Below, piece after piece: positions 1 to 12,269 of a stretch of DNA of 64,000 bases. The DNA is from Octopus sinensis (Eukaryota). The position numbers and the translations under genes were made by a program. The stretch covers positions 35,588,001 through 35,652,000 of the forward strand of contig NC_043013.1 of the NCBI RefSeq assembly GCF_006345805.1. The letters run 5' to 3'. The notes beneath the pieces were generated by a model, which did no database searches, was not told the origin of the DNA, and saw nothing but the letters and a program-made list of their open reading frames with translations. Positions within the stretch are counted from its first letter, which is position 1. Each line of letters starts with the position of its first letter.

Positions 1-904
1 TTTCAAAAACGTAAATGGAATTACTATTTAACCTTAAAATACATCGTACATATTCAAAGAACCTTAATGTACAAATTGAAATGCAAAAGAATGAAATAAT
101 AAATGGATCTATGAATGAAGGTTTGGCAATTGCGTTTATTTCCACCACACAACACTTATTATTGCCAACATTTTTTTAACGAACCCATACTATACACACA
201 CACACAAATACATTCATATAAATGTGTCTCGAGTTGTAGCTGTAATTCAAAGGGGCCAGCTTTGTCATATTCTGTGTGAGGCAGAATCTCCTTGAGAACT
301 ATGTTAATGTTATGCATGTTGGTGGAGTACTCAGCCATTTGTGAATTAATTTTATCCTCGTGTGGTAATGAAAAGTGAAATTGACATCCAATATTTGCTA
401 TGTATGTATCTATGTATGAACTTTTCTTTGAATTTATGTATCTGCTGTCTCTCTCACTTTCTCTCTTTCTCTTTCACTTCCTTTGTGTCCCTCTTCTCTC
501 CCACTTTTGATTTAAAAAATGTGTATATGTATCTAGGTATCTACTTCTCTTGCGATGTGATAAACATTTAAAAACACAAAATGAACACTGTCACCACTCA
601 CTGTCTCTTTTACACTCTCTCTTCCTATCTCACTTTTTCTCTCTTCTTCACTCTCTTTCTCTCTTACTTCCTCTCTGAAACATTTAAAAACAAACAAACG
701 CCATCACCACTCACTGTCTCTTTCACTCTCTCACTTTCTCTCTCACCCTCTCTTTCTATCTCACTCTCTCACTTTCTCTCTCTCTCTCTCTCTCTTACTT
801 CTTCCCTCTCCTCCACTCTCTTCCTTTGCCACTCCTGTGAAGTAAGTGTGATGCACACAACAGGTACGTACAAAAACAAAATGTTAGCGTATTAATATTA
901 TTGA

Positions 905-1180
905 TAATAATAGTAGTAGTAATAATAATAGTAATTATCATAACAATAGTAGTAGTAGTAGCAGCAGCAGCAGGAGCAGTAGTAGTAGTGGTAGTAGTAT
1001 TAGTAGTAGTAGTAGTAGTAGTAACAACAACAACAACAACAACAAAAATAACAACAACAACAAAAACAACAACAACAACAACAATAATAATAACAATAAC
1101 AATAATAATAATTGTAAAAATAGTAGCAATAATAATTATAACAACGATAATAGTAGTAGTAGTAGTGGTAGTAATAATGA
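905..1180. repeat. Compound trinucleotide microsatellite (AGT/ACA/ATA)n
   Basis: Directly visible runs; they explain the poly-V/T/I/L/Y ORFs. Confidence 0.95.
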
Positions 1181-1347
1181 CTTTTGCAGATTCTTTGAGA
1201 CATTGATGGGACTGGTTCTGCTACAACTACCACTAATGCTGAGTTGTGTCTTAGACACAAAACCAGGTAATTACTGGGAAAAGAAGACAATGACAAAAGC
1301 AAAAAAAAACAAACGTAACAACAATATTAACAAGAAGATCAGATAAG

Positions 1348-1824
1348 ATCTTTTTTGAATATTCTGTCCGTCTACTTGTTGTTGTTGTTTTTTACTTACT
1401 TACTTACTAAATAAGATGCTGGGTAGGAACAGGGTGGGAAACTCAATGGGGTCAATGTTTTGCAATGAATACTGAGAAAAATTATAATTGGAAAATTGTA
1501 AGCAACAACTACAGCAACAACAATGTAAATAATGCTATCATCAACAAAACGAATTGCAAAAGCAAAATAAATAAAAATATAAGAATTGAATGTCATATAA
1601 CACTTAATGATTACATCAAGAACAATAATATATATACATATATACACAAACACGTGCATATATATATATATTTATATATATATATATAAATTGACCTCAT
1701 TGAGTTTCCCACCCTGTTCCTACCCAGCATTTTATTTAGTAAGTAAATAAAAAAAAACAACAACAAGTAGACAGACAGAATATTCAAAAAGATATATATA
1801 TATATATATTCCTTTTGAATATTC

Positions 1825-1830
<6 letters not shown>
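1348..1830. repeat. Inverted repeat, ~105 bp arms (1348-1456 and 1690-1793), plus a third short copy of the arm end (1813-1830); foldback or MITE-like
   Basis: ttttttgaatattctgtccgtctacttgttg...gggaaactcaatggggtcaat is the reverse complement of attgacctcattgagtttccc...gtagacagacagaatattcaaaaa, with few mismatches. Confidence 0.85.
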
Positions 1831-1868
<38 letters not shown>

Positions 1869-1869
<1 letters not shown>

Positions 1870-2256
1870 GGCACAGGAGTGGTTGTGTGGTAAGTAGCTT
1901 GTTTACCAACCACATGCTTCCGGGTTCAGTCCCACTGCGTGGCACCTTGGGCAAGTGTCTTCTACTATAGCCTCGGGCCGACCAAAGCCTTGTGAGTGGA
2001 TTTGGTAGACGGAAACTGAAAGAAACCCGTCGTATATATGTATGCGTGTATGTTTGTGTGTCTGTGTTTGTCACCCTAGCATTGCTTGACAACCGATGCT
2101 GGTGTGTTTATGTCCCCGTCACTTAGCAGTTTGGCAAAAGAGACCAATAGAATAAGTACTGGGCTTACAAAGAATAAGTCCCGGGGTCGAGTTGCTCAAT
2201 TAAAGGCGGTGCACCAGCATGGCCGCTGTCGAAATGACTGAAACAAGTAAAAAGAG
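1869..2256 (+). mobile_element. tRNA-headed SINE family A (possibly the octopus OR2/CORE-type SINE), full length
   Basis: Head ggcacaggagtggttgtgtggtaag with B-box-like ggttcagtccc, body ccttgggcaagtgtcttctactatagcc, tail ccagcatggcc...tgactgaaacaagtaaaa. More than 15 related copies occur in the window. The family name is from recall. Confidence 0.85.
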
Positions 2257-2303
<47 letters not shown>

Positions 2304-2449
2304 ATGTATGTTTAGGGAGAGTGAGAGAAACAGACAGACAGACAGACAGATAGATAGATAGATAGATAGATAGACAGATAGACACACATGCACACAAACA
2401 CACACACACACATACACACACAAACACATACGGACTGATGGACAGATAT

Positions 2450-2880
2450 ACATCATCAGCTGCATCATCATCACCATCATCATCATCATCACCATCATCA
2501 TTATCATCATCATTTAACGTCCATTTTCCATGCTGGCATGAGTTGGATGTCTTCAAAGAAACTGGCAAGGCCAGGGGGCCACACCAATTTCTATAGTCAC
2601 TTTTGGCTTGGTTTCTATGGCTGGATGCCCTTTCTAATGCCAACCACTTCATGGTGTACTGGATGCTTTTTATATGGAACTAGCACCAGTGGATTTTACA
2701 TGGCACCGTCACCTATGCTTTTTATATACCATCACTGGTACTTTTTATGTGGCACCATCACCAAGGCTTTTTATATAGCACTTGTACTTTTTAAATGGCA
2801 CCATCACCACTGCTCTTTTACGTGGCACCAGCACCAGTGGTTTTTACATGGCCTCCATCAGGAGTACTCTTTATGCAGCA
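2450..2880 (-). mobile_element. RTE-LINE-type 3' end with (GAT)n tail and an internal degenerate ~24 bp tandem array
   Basis: Reverse complement of the recurrent end module ggcattaggaagggcatccagc...ccagcatggaaaatggacgttaaatgatgatg, also seen at 13.1, 37.9, 57.6 and 63.9 kb. Confidence 0.7.
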
Positions 2881-2895
2881 CCAAATATACTGTAC

Positions 2896-2952
<57 letters not shown>

Positions 2953-3374
2953 GTATATATATGTATATATATATATGCATACATAAATATACATATACAG
3001 ATATATGTATGCATATACATACTCAGATATGACACATAGGACATATCACCCAGACGTACAATGACAGAAAACATCAGGACTAAAGTAACAACAACAACAG
3101 CAACGACAGGTTTAAGAGAAAGAAAATCAAGGGAAAAATATAGCAAAACCAAAAGATACAAAGGAAAGACAACATAAGAAAAGCATGAAATTAACAACAA
3201 CAGTAAAAACTGAAACAATGGTAAAAAGGAAAAGAAGAAAAGTGAATGCAGAGAATGTAACAAATGATAAAGAAATGAAAATAAAAGTAAAAAAAAAAGA
3301 GAGAGATTAAATGATGGAGTAAAAATAGCGACAAGTAAAATGGAAAAGAAGGGGAAAAAAAGGAAAGGAATGAC

Positions 3375-3845
3375 AGTGATGATGATAATGATGATAATGA
3401 TGGCAGTGGTGGTGATGGTGGTGGTCGCGGTGGTGGTCGTGGTCATGGTCGTGTGGTGTGGTGGCAGTGGTTGTGATGGTAGTAACAATGATGATTATGG
3501 TGGTGGTGGTGGTGGTGGTAATGATGATGATGAGGATGCTGATGATGCTGCTGCTGCTGATGATGATGATGATGATAATGAAAAGACAACGTAATGCTGT
3601 CAACAATAACGATAATGACAACGATGATGATGTCAACGATAATAAAGTGATGAATATGATGACGACGATGACGACGATGATGATGATGATTATGATGATG
3701 AATTTGAAGATCATAATGATGATGATGATGATGATGACGATGGTCAGACAATGTAATGCTGCCAGCAATGATGATAACGAGAGAGGTAATGTTGATGGTA
3801 ACACCGACGATGTCATTGGTAATAATAATGACGATGATGACGAAT
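3375..3845. repeat. Degenerate (GAT/GGT/GAC)n microsatellite
   Basis: Directly visible. Confidence 0.9.
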
Positions 3846-3847
3846 AT

Positions 3848-6838
3848 GTTAGTTAGTTAGTTAGTTAATTTGGCTCAAAAGCAAATAGCAAGGCCATGTA
3901 GGGGGACATGGAGTTAAGTACAGGGTGGTGTTCATGTAAAGAGTTCAGGCCACTTGAGGTCCAGGGAGGCTTTGAACAAAGCGGTCGTCGGCATCTTCAC
4001 CATCTCGTCTGGCAGCTTGTTCCACGGATCCGCAACCCGGACGGAGAAAGCTCCTCTCCTTCGATTGAGATGAAATCGTCGCAGGTAGAGCTTTTCGGAA
4101 TGACCCCGCAGCCGACGCTCCGGAGCAGGAGTGAAGAACAGCTCTTTCGAGAGGTTACACTTCCCGCTTATGATGTTGGGGCGAGAATGAGATCACCACG
4201 GCGGCGGCGTTTTTCAAGAGAACAAAGGTCGAGCGTCCTCAGCCTTTCTTCGTAGGACAAATTTTTGAGACCATGAACCATGCGGGTAGCCAGCCTCTGG
4301 ACTCTTTCGAGGTGCTGTATGTCTTTGAGGAGATAAGGAGAAGAGGCTTGAATCCCATACTCCAATATGGGTCTCACCAGCGTGACATAGAGTGGCAGGA
4401 AATGGCTGCTGTGAGCATTCCGAATGACCGTCGAATCAAAAACAGAATTCCGCGCGCTTTGTTGGCAGCATGGACGCACTGGGCCGAAGGCGAAAAGGAG
4501 GAATCCACCAAGATACCCAGATCCTTTACCTGTTCGGTCCTCTCCAGCAGCAGACGACCCGGCTCGAAATCAAGTTGAGTTGCAGGAGTAGAGCCGACAG
4601 GCAGATGACAGCACTTCAACACGTTCAGACACAGGTCCCAATCGTTAGACCACTTCCAAATTTGGTGGAGGCATCGACGAAGATCCTCTATACTACCGCG
4701 AGGAGCACCAGTTTGATATCGTCGGCAAATAGAAGGGTGTGTGCGTAATGTCGTCGGGCAAGTCATTTATGAAGACTAAGAACAACAAGGGCCCAAGCAC
4801 TGAACCTTGAGGCACGCCACTGCTCGCACTGGAGACGTCGGACCGCGAACCATTAACTTGAACTTGGAAGGAGCGATCTGAGAGGAAGGCACCAACCCAT
4901 CGTACAATATCCGGATGGAAACTATATGCTTGAAGCTTGACAAGTAGTAGGCGGTGGTTTACCGAGTCAAAAGCTTTGGCAAAGTCCAATAAAACGATGT
5001 CAACAGCATCACTATCATCGAGGATGCGCGTCACCAATTCTTCCATTACTAGTAAGTTGGTCAAGCATGATCTCTTCGGCACGAAGCCGTGTTGGGAATC
5101 AGTGATCGAGGCTGTGTTTAGGAGGTGGAGCATCATACTTTTCTTAAGGATGGTTTCGAACATCTTGCTGATTATTGATGTAAGGGAAACCGGTCGGTAG
5201 TTAAGCGGGTTTCGCGGCTCCCTTTCTTGAAAATTGGGCAGATTATCGCTGTTCTCCAGTCTGCAGGTATAACACCCGTCGCCAATGACATATTGAATAG
5301 TCGTGTTAAGGGCTCGCTGATGACCGGAGCCAACGCTTTGATACCCGTGGGTGTATGCCGTCAGGGCCGTGACCCTTGTTGACATCGAGGCCTTGAATAA
5401 CACGTTTGACTTGGTCCCGCGTGATGATCAATCGAAGCATTGGAGGTACCGATCTATCAAATGGAGGGGGTCACGACCATCATCTTGTTTGAAAATAGTT
5501 GAAAAAGCCTCGGCAAATAATTGACTCTGTTGATAAGGGTCCTCAATCGATACGCCTGTTGAGTCTACAACGTTGCAATCTGGTTGTTCAAGCGGGAATT
5601 CCGCTGGACATGGGCAAAGAAGGTTTTTGGACTGCTACTGGCATCTGCCGCGATTTTGTATTCATAACTGAAGCGTTCTTTCTTTTCAATTTTCACGGCT
5701 CGGTCTCGTTGAGTTTTGTACACCTCAAAAGCTGCAGTCGAATCCAGATTTTTGAATTCAGCCCAAGCAAATCTCTGAGTCGACGTTCTCGTTTAACCTT
5801 CTTCGTCACCCAGGGCTTGTGTTTCTTCCTCTTGGGAAGTCCAAACGGAACTGCCTGGTCAGTCAAACAGATTACATATGCTTTGAGGGATGACCATAGT
5901 TCGTCAACTGAGGACAACGTCATCAGGGAACGCCAGTCCAGAAGCGCGGAAGCCTCGGTTAGGATTTCAAGATTAATTGCAGAGAAGACTCTACGTGGCA
6001 GCGAAGTAATCGTGGGCGTGGAAAAAGTTGTGTGCATGACGAACTTCAGGACCGCATGATCACTCTTGGCAAGAGGGGCGCACACAGATACGTCTGACAC
6101 TGATCTTGGATAGCGGGAGAATACCAGATCTAGCATAGATGGCTGCTGCCCAGACCGATGCCTTGTCGGATATTCAACATGTTGCGATAGAAAACAATCT
6201 TCAGGCCACGTCAAGAAGGGCCTGGCCGAACCGGGAAGATGTTGTACAAATTGATGCGGGCCAATCGATCGTGGGAGCGTTGAAGTCGCCTAGTACCAAG
6301 CAGTCATGCGAAGCTGAAACGAATCTTATCGCTTCGAGTAGATGAGCATCGTCCTGGGGGTCGGCTAGAGGCGGCCTGTAGACAGCCAACACGGGCAGGC
6401 AAAACTCAGATAGGCTCAGCTTGCAATAGACGGCATCGAATTTGGTTGTAGGTTGAGCATTTGTGGGTAGAATACCGCAGGACGGTTTGTGCTCAGACTT
6501 AACATACACAGCAACACCTCCACCTCGCCTTTTTCCTCTGTCACATCTGAAAAGGACGTAGCCCTGCAGGTGGATCTCTGAGTCCTTTACTGCTGGAGTC
6601 AGCCAAGTCTCGGTGATAGCTATCACATCAGGGGAGTCGCGTAGGGCAGTGTAAATAGTTCACTGAACTTTGGGAATAAGGAGCACGAGTTGGTGTAGAC
6701 GATGCTGAGCTGTGAAGTCTGAGGGGCGGGAGTTGGGGAACAAGCAGAATAAAGGGCATCAGAGATAGCATCGTTGACGGGGGTATCAACTTCACTTCGA
6801 TGACGGTGATGATGCTGTCGTGCTGGCAGTTGGTGTTC
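3848..6838 (-). mobile_element. CR1-clade non-LTR retrotransposon: near-complete ORF2 (APE endonuclease + reverse transcriptase), frameshifted, 5'-truncated, with (TAAC)n tail
   Basis: APE motifs YTN..SL, AITETWL, RRGGGVAVYV, VYRPP, GDFNAPTIDW, LDLVFS, SDH. RT motifs NYRPVSLTS, QHGF...SCLTNLL, DFAKAFDSV, GVPQGSVLGPLLF, LFADDIK. C-terminus ERVQRLATRM...SYEERLRTLDL.SLEKRRRRGDLI. The ORF is split over several frames. Confidence 0.95.
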
Positions 6839-6852
6839 ATGATGATGACGAC

Positions 6853-6886
<34 letters not shown>

Positions 6887-7440
6887 GGGGAAATCCCAGA
6901 GCTGATTTAGGTTTTCCAATAAATTTATAAAAAAAGCAACAAAACCAAAAATTCGTACATATTCATTTGCAACAAACCATTCCATTGAATCTAAGCACCC
7001 GATAAACTTAGTCTGCAATATTCTCCAATAAAAAAAAAACCAATATTCTTTATTTTAAATATCAGGAACTTGACTTCGTTTCCAATTGTACAAATATCGA
7101 AATAGTAAATCACTTCTTTAATTTAATTAACATGATGCATCCACTGTGATAATACTCTCGTGTTTTTCTCCATCACAACATATGAATGAGAAAGGAAGGG
7201 GTTATAGATGAATAAGGAAGGAAGGGGTGATGGCACACTGGTGGGATGGTGAACATTCAATGCTGAAAAGAAGAATCAAACAGCGTTTCAACTCTGTGTG
7301 TATGTATGTGCGTGTGCAAGGGAAGTATGTGAATGTATGTGAACATTGACAAGTGTATTTGATTTGCCATCCATATTTATATATAAAATGCTACAATTAG
7401 CCGTTATTTTTGATGGCACAGAGCCAGGTAGTACATTTGC

Positions 7441-7645
7441 TGAGGATGAAATGCTTAGCGGTATTTCGTCTGCCGTTACGTTCTGGGTTCAAATTCCGCC
7501 AAGGTCGACTTTGCCTTTCATCCTTTCGGGGTCGATAAATTAAGTACCAGTTACGCACTGGAGTCGATGTAATCGACTTAATCCATTTGTCTGTCCTTAT
7601 TTGTCCCCTCTGTGTATAGCCCCTTGTGGGTAGTAAAGAAATAAG
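7441..7645 (+). mobile_element. tRNA-headed SINE family B, 5'-truncated
   Basis: gaaatgcttagcggtatttcgtc...gagttcaaattccgcc.aggtcgactttgcctttcatcctttcggggtcgataaattaagtaccag; matches the copy at 8025. Confidence 0.85.
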
Positions 7646-7975
7646 AAGAGGGATAAGATGGTGAAGGTGTGACAGGGGTACAGTCAAGGTACAGGCAAGT
7701 ATATGTAAGTTAAGTGGAACCAAGGATTGAGTAGGGTGAGTGGGAAGGTATGCAAGACTTCGAAAAGAGAGTGGGAGGTGGAGAGAAGGGGTTGTTTGGC
7801 GGATACGTTGTGGGGAAGAGATGCAAAAAGGGAGATTGGGAGATAGGGGGGAAGAAGGTACAGAAGATGGTGAGAAGGGGTGGGGTGACGTGGGAGGTGT
7901 TAGGAAATTGGGACATGGGGATAATGTTTATCAAAGACAAATTGTGTGGTGGTGGTGGTGGTAGTGGCTGTCATT

Positions 7976-8010
<35 letters not shown>

Positions 8011-8024
8011 GGCATGGATAGAAG

Positions 8025-8257
8025 GCGGCGAGCTGGCAGAATCGTTAGCACGTTGGGCGAAATGCTTTGCGGTATTTCGGCTGCCGTTACGTTGTGAGTT
8101 CAAATTCCGCCGAGGTCGACTTTGTCTTTCATCCTTTCGAGGTTGATAAATTAAGTAGCAGTTACGCACTGGGGTCGATGTAATCGACTTAATCCGTTTG
8201 TCTGTCCTTGCTTGTCCCCTCTGTGTTTAGTCCCCTCTGTGGGTAGTAAAGAAATAG
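8025..8257 (+). mobile_element. tRNA-headed SINE family B (central segment resembles a Meta-type conserved SINE domain)
   Basis: Head ggcggcgagctggcagaatcgttagc (A box) and gagttcaaattcc (B box), then gcctttcatcctttcgaggttgataaattaagta. The domain assignment is from recall. Confidence 0.85.
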
Positions 8258-8594
8258 GTTGTGGTGGCATGGACAAAAAGAACATGCCATTATGGCCTTG
8301 ATTCTACTCAGATGAACAATTCTTCTCAAGCACAGAAAATTGCCAATTGTCTTGGTCCTTTGTCATCTCCTCTCTGAGGTTCAGCTTCTTTCAGCACTTC
8401 ATCTCATGTCTTCCTGGGTCTTCATCTTCCACATTACATCTGATGCTTCTTATGCTCATTGATTTCTCTCAATACATTGACATTTTCTCTTTCACACACA
8501 CTGACTTTGCACATACAGTAGAAGATGCTGGCTTTATTTCTTCCAATCCTTCACATGTTGTCTGCAGTCACAATCCACCTTTCGCTACCGTATA

Positions 8595-8985
8595 AGCATC
8601 AGCCATGCTCAAATGGTACATTTTACATGCCACCAGCATAAGTGCCAGTCAGGTGACACTAGCATCGACCATGCTCAAATGGTACATTTTACATGCCACT
8701 GGCACGGGTGCCAGTCAGGAAGCACTGGCATCTGTATATATTTGTATATATTTATGTGAGTGGGTCTTTGTGTTTATGTTTGTCCCCTCCACCCACCATC
8801 ACTTGCTTAACAACCGATGTTGGTATGCTTATGTCCCTGTAACTTAACAATTCAGCAAAAAAAAAAAAAATAAGTACCAGGCTTACAAAGGACAAGTCCT
8901 GGGATCAATTTCTTTGATTTCAAATTCCTTAAAAATCGTGCTCCAGCATGGCTGCAGCCAAATAACCAAAACAAACCAAAGAATC
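8595..8985 (+). mobile_element. Two ~60 bp tandem units of the RTE-type 3' UTR array fused to the 3' half of SINE A
   Basis: catgctcaaatggtacattttacatgccac repeated twice, followed by the SINE A tail. Confidence 0.7.
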
Positions 8986-9057
8986 AAAGAACAAAAGAAT
9001 AAAAGAATTGTAGAATTATATCCAGATTACTGCACATAAATTTTGACAATGGAAACC

Positions 9058-9383
9058 TTTCAGGGACCCTAAAGGGCCATAAGGACCCTCGTTGAGAATC
9101 ACTGACCGAGAGTAAACTGTTAAATACCTTGGTTAACTGTGGACATAGTTCAATGCCTGAGACCTAATTACAAAGCACTGGCTCCTTTTGCTGTTAGCCT
9201 AGTAACCTAATAAGTTGCATTTCAGGGACCCTAAAGGGCCATAAGGACCCTGGTAGAGAGCCACTGACCGAGAGTAAACTGTTAAATATCTTGGTTAACT
9301 GTGGACATAGTTCAATGCATGAGACCTAATTACAAAGCACTGGCCCCTTTTGCTGTTAGCCTAGTAACCTAATAAGTTGTATT
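9058..9383. repeat. Tandem duplication, 2 x ~163 bp, containing a hAT-like MITE terminus
   Basis: cagggaccctaaagggccataaggaccct...taacctaataagttg occurs twice; gttgagaatcactg is the reverse complement of the hAT-like end cagtgattctcaac. Confidence 0.9.
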
Positions 9384-10201
9384 TTTTCAAAAGGAAATGT
9401 GAGAAATGTCAAAAAGAAGCAAAGGAGGGCAAAATAAGTAAATAATACAAAATTGCTAAATGATGAAAAAAGCATAAAAGTTGTTCAAATTAGAAATTAA
9501 ATTAAAAATTTAACTGAGATAAATTATATAAAAAAAAACAAAAACAATGCAACAAAGACAACAACTTGAACAACAACAACAACAGCAACAGTAATGGGAA
9601 TAACTAAAACAATTAAAGAAAATGGAATGCAAACCCAAAAAATAAGGAAGCGAAACATAAAAAACAAAATGTTAAATGTTACCGGGTGCATGCATGCGTG
9701 CGTGTGTGTGTGTGTGTGTGTATGCATGTGCGAACATGTGTGAATGTGTACATGTACATATATGCATGCATACATATGTGAGTGTATGTGTGCATATATA
9801 TATGTATGTATATATATATATATATATATACACACATGTATATACATATATGCATGTATGTTTATATATATATGTATGTGCATATGTATATATGTGTATA
9901 TATATATATATATATACATACATATATATATTATATATCTGTGTATATATATGTATATATGTATATATATAGATATATGATGTACATATATATGTATACA
10001 CATGTATGTGTGAGTGTGTTCTCAGTGTGTGTGTGGAGGGGGACTCTATATGCTAGTATGAAATAAATATTATGGATATTCATATATATATATGTGTGTG
10101 TGCATGTGCATGTATAGATATGTGTGTGTATATACATTGCATGTATGTGTGTGTGCACATCTGTACGCATGTGTAGTATATATCTATATCTATATTTATA
10201 C

Positions 10202-10280
<79 letters not shown>

Positions 10281-10281
10281 C

Positions 10282-10312
<31 letters not shown>

Positions 10313-10856
10313 GTATGTATGTATGTATACACACTTACATATGAGGGTAATGGGAAATGTTTGTTGGCAACATAATTAAATTTCTTCAATTTCATATTTT
10401 TGGCACATTTTCACAAGATTTACCCATAATCTGAAATCTTAAACAAATTAGAAGATGAACAAATATTTTAATCTATACGAGATCTTTGCCTTATAGATTC
10501 TGGCATTACGATATTACCATGTTCTGAGTGACAACTTTCATTGTCAGAGAAATATTCCAAGAAAGGTCTGTTTACATTGTTTTTGTCTTGTTTTGTTGTG
10601 TTTTTTTTATCTTATATTTTATTTACTTATAATTTTCATTTATTTATTTTTTTTTTTGTTTTGCTGCCTTTTTTTCTTTTCATTTATTTATTCATTTATT
10701 TATTTTTTTTTTGCTTTTACATTTCTGCTTTTTCTATTACTTCAATTAAAATTTACTGTTCATCTTCACACTTGCATACATATGTATGTATATATAATAT
10801 ATATATATATATATATGAATATATATATATATATATATACATACATACATACATAC

Positions 10857-10907
<51 letters not shown>

Positions 10908-11564
10908 TATATAGATATATATATATATATATACACATATACATATATATCTACATATATAGTGTGGTATACATAGATACATGCACATACATACACACAC
11001 GCACACACAAACACACACACACACTCACATACACACGCATATATATATATACACTCATATATATCTTATTTTTTAAAATATGATTCTCACATCCTCTTTT
11101 TTCATGACACAATAATTTTTAGTGTTACAATTAAATGTGTTGTAGAGATAAAGCCAAATTTAAAATATATAAACTAGCTTTGCTACTATACTTGCAAAAA
11201 CAAACATAATTCTTTTCACAATCCTATATAATAGTCGAAAAATACATTCTCGAAGAATGGAGTTAATAATCCAATTTGTGATTGCTTTTTATTTATGTTG
11301 TCAACAAAGGAATGACATTCTCACACTTTTATATTTCTCTTTCATGAATTTCAAATCATAATTTGTACTTAATAATTCATGCTCACAGTGAATGTTGTTA
11401 GTATACAATGAAAGTTGGTTTTCAAGGTTACCTATGGTGTCTGAAGTATTGTAGATTGTGCATACATTGCGTAGAGCTGGTCAGTGATGGAATGGAAAAT
11501 ACAAATAATTATGTAATATGTATATTGTTCAAATTTACAGAAAAGAGAAGAAGACTGGCATATA

Positions 11565-11780
11565 CTTTTCTACTCTAGGCAACAAGGCCCGAAATTTGTG
11601 GGGAAGAGGCCAGTTGAATAGATCAAACCCCAGTATGCAACTGGTACTTAATTTATCAACCCTGAGGGGATGAAATGGAAAGTTGAACTTGGTGGAATTT
11701 GAACTCAGAACGTAAAGACAGATGAAATACTGCTAAGCATTTCGCCCAACATGCTAACGTTTATGCCAGCTTGCTGCCTT
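11565..11780 (-). mobile_element. SINE family B
   Basis: Reverse complement of the family B head and body. Confidence 0.75.
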
Positions 11781-11933
11781 AACAAGCTGGTATATTACTT
11801 TGATGGTTGGGAAAAGTCTTTGATGTTTTGAGCCTATGCTCTTTGACAGAAAGGGTTGAGAGATAAAAACATGGAGAGAGAAAAATATGAGTATGGATTA
11901 ACAGTTCAACATGATGAATATATACATATATAT

Positions 11934-12002
11934 ATGACAAACGAGAATGTGAAACTCTGAGTAACAGTTTTTGTGAAATTTCTGCTGCTTTTTAATAAAG
12001 TG

Positions 12003-12005
<3 letters not shown>
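11934..12005 (+). mobile_element. Penelope-like terminal repeat fragment with a partial hammerhead motif
   Basis: acgagaatgtgaaactctgagtaacag...tttctgctgcttttaataaag is homologous to 63470-63531. Confidence 0.7.
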
Positions 12006-12039
<34 letters not shown>

Positions 12040-12269
12040 TGTGTGTGTGTGTGTGTGTGTGCATGTGTGTGTGTGTATCTATAAGCAAGCTACTTACCAC
12101 ACTAACAAAGATTTTTAAAACATCAAATGGTCATGGGGGACCAGTAGGGTAAAACTAGAATCAAAGGGGTGTTTAGGTTAAAAAAAATGGTTGAGGACCA
12201 CTGCTGTGGAGCATCCTTCATTCACATGTAACTTGCTCTGTAATCATGTGAGATAAATGAAGGCAACCA

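Noticed and set aside
3908-6345. Plus-strand ORFs over the LINE
   Set aside because: Antisense shadows of the CR1 ORF2.
9524-11083. Numerous YI/CV/HT-repeat ORFs here and across the window
   Set aside because: Artefacts of (TA)n/(CA)n dinucleotide repeats.
11432-11476. 45 nt minus-strand candidate exon (LRNVCTIYNTSDTI)
   Set aside because: Short, no homology, and insufficient support without transcripts.
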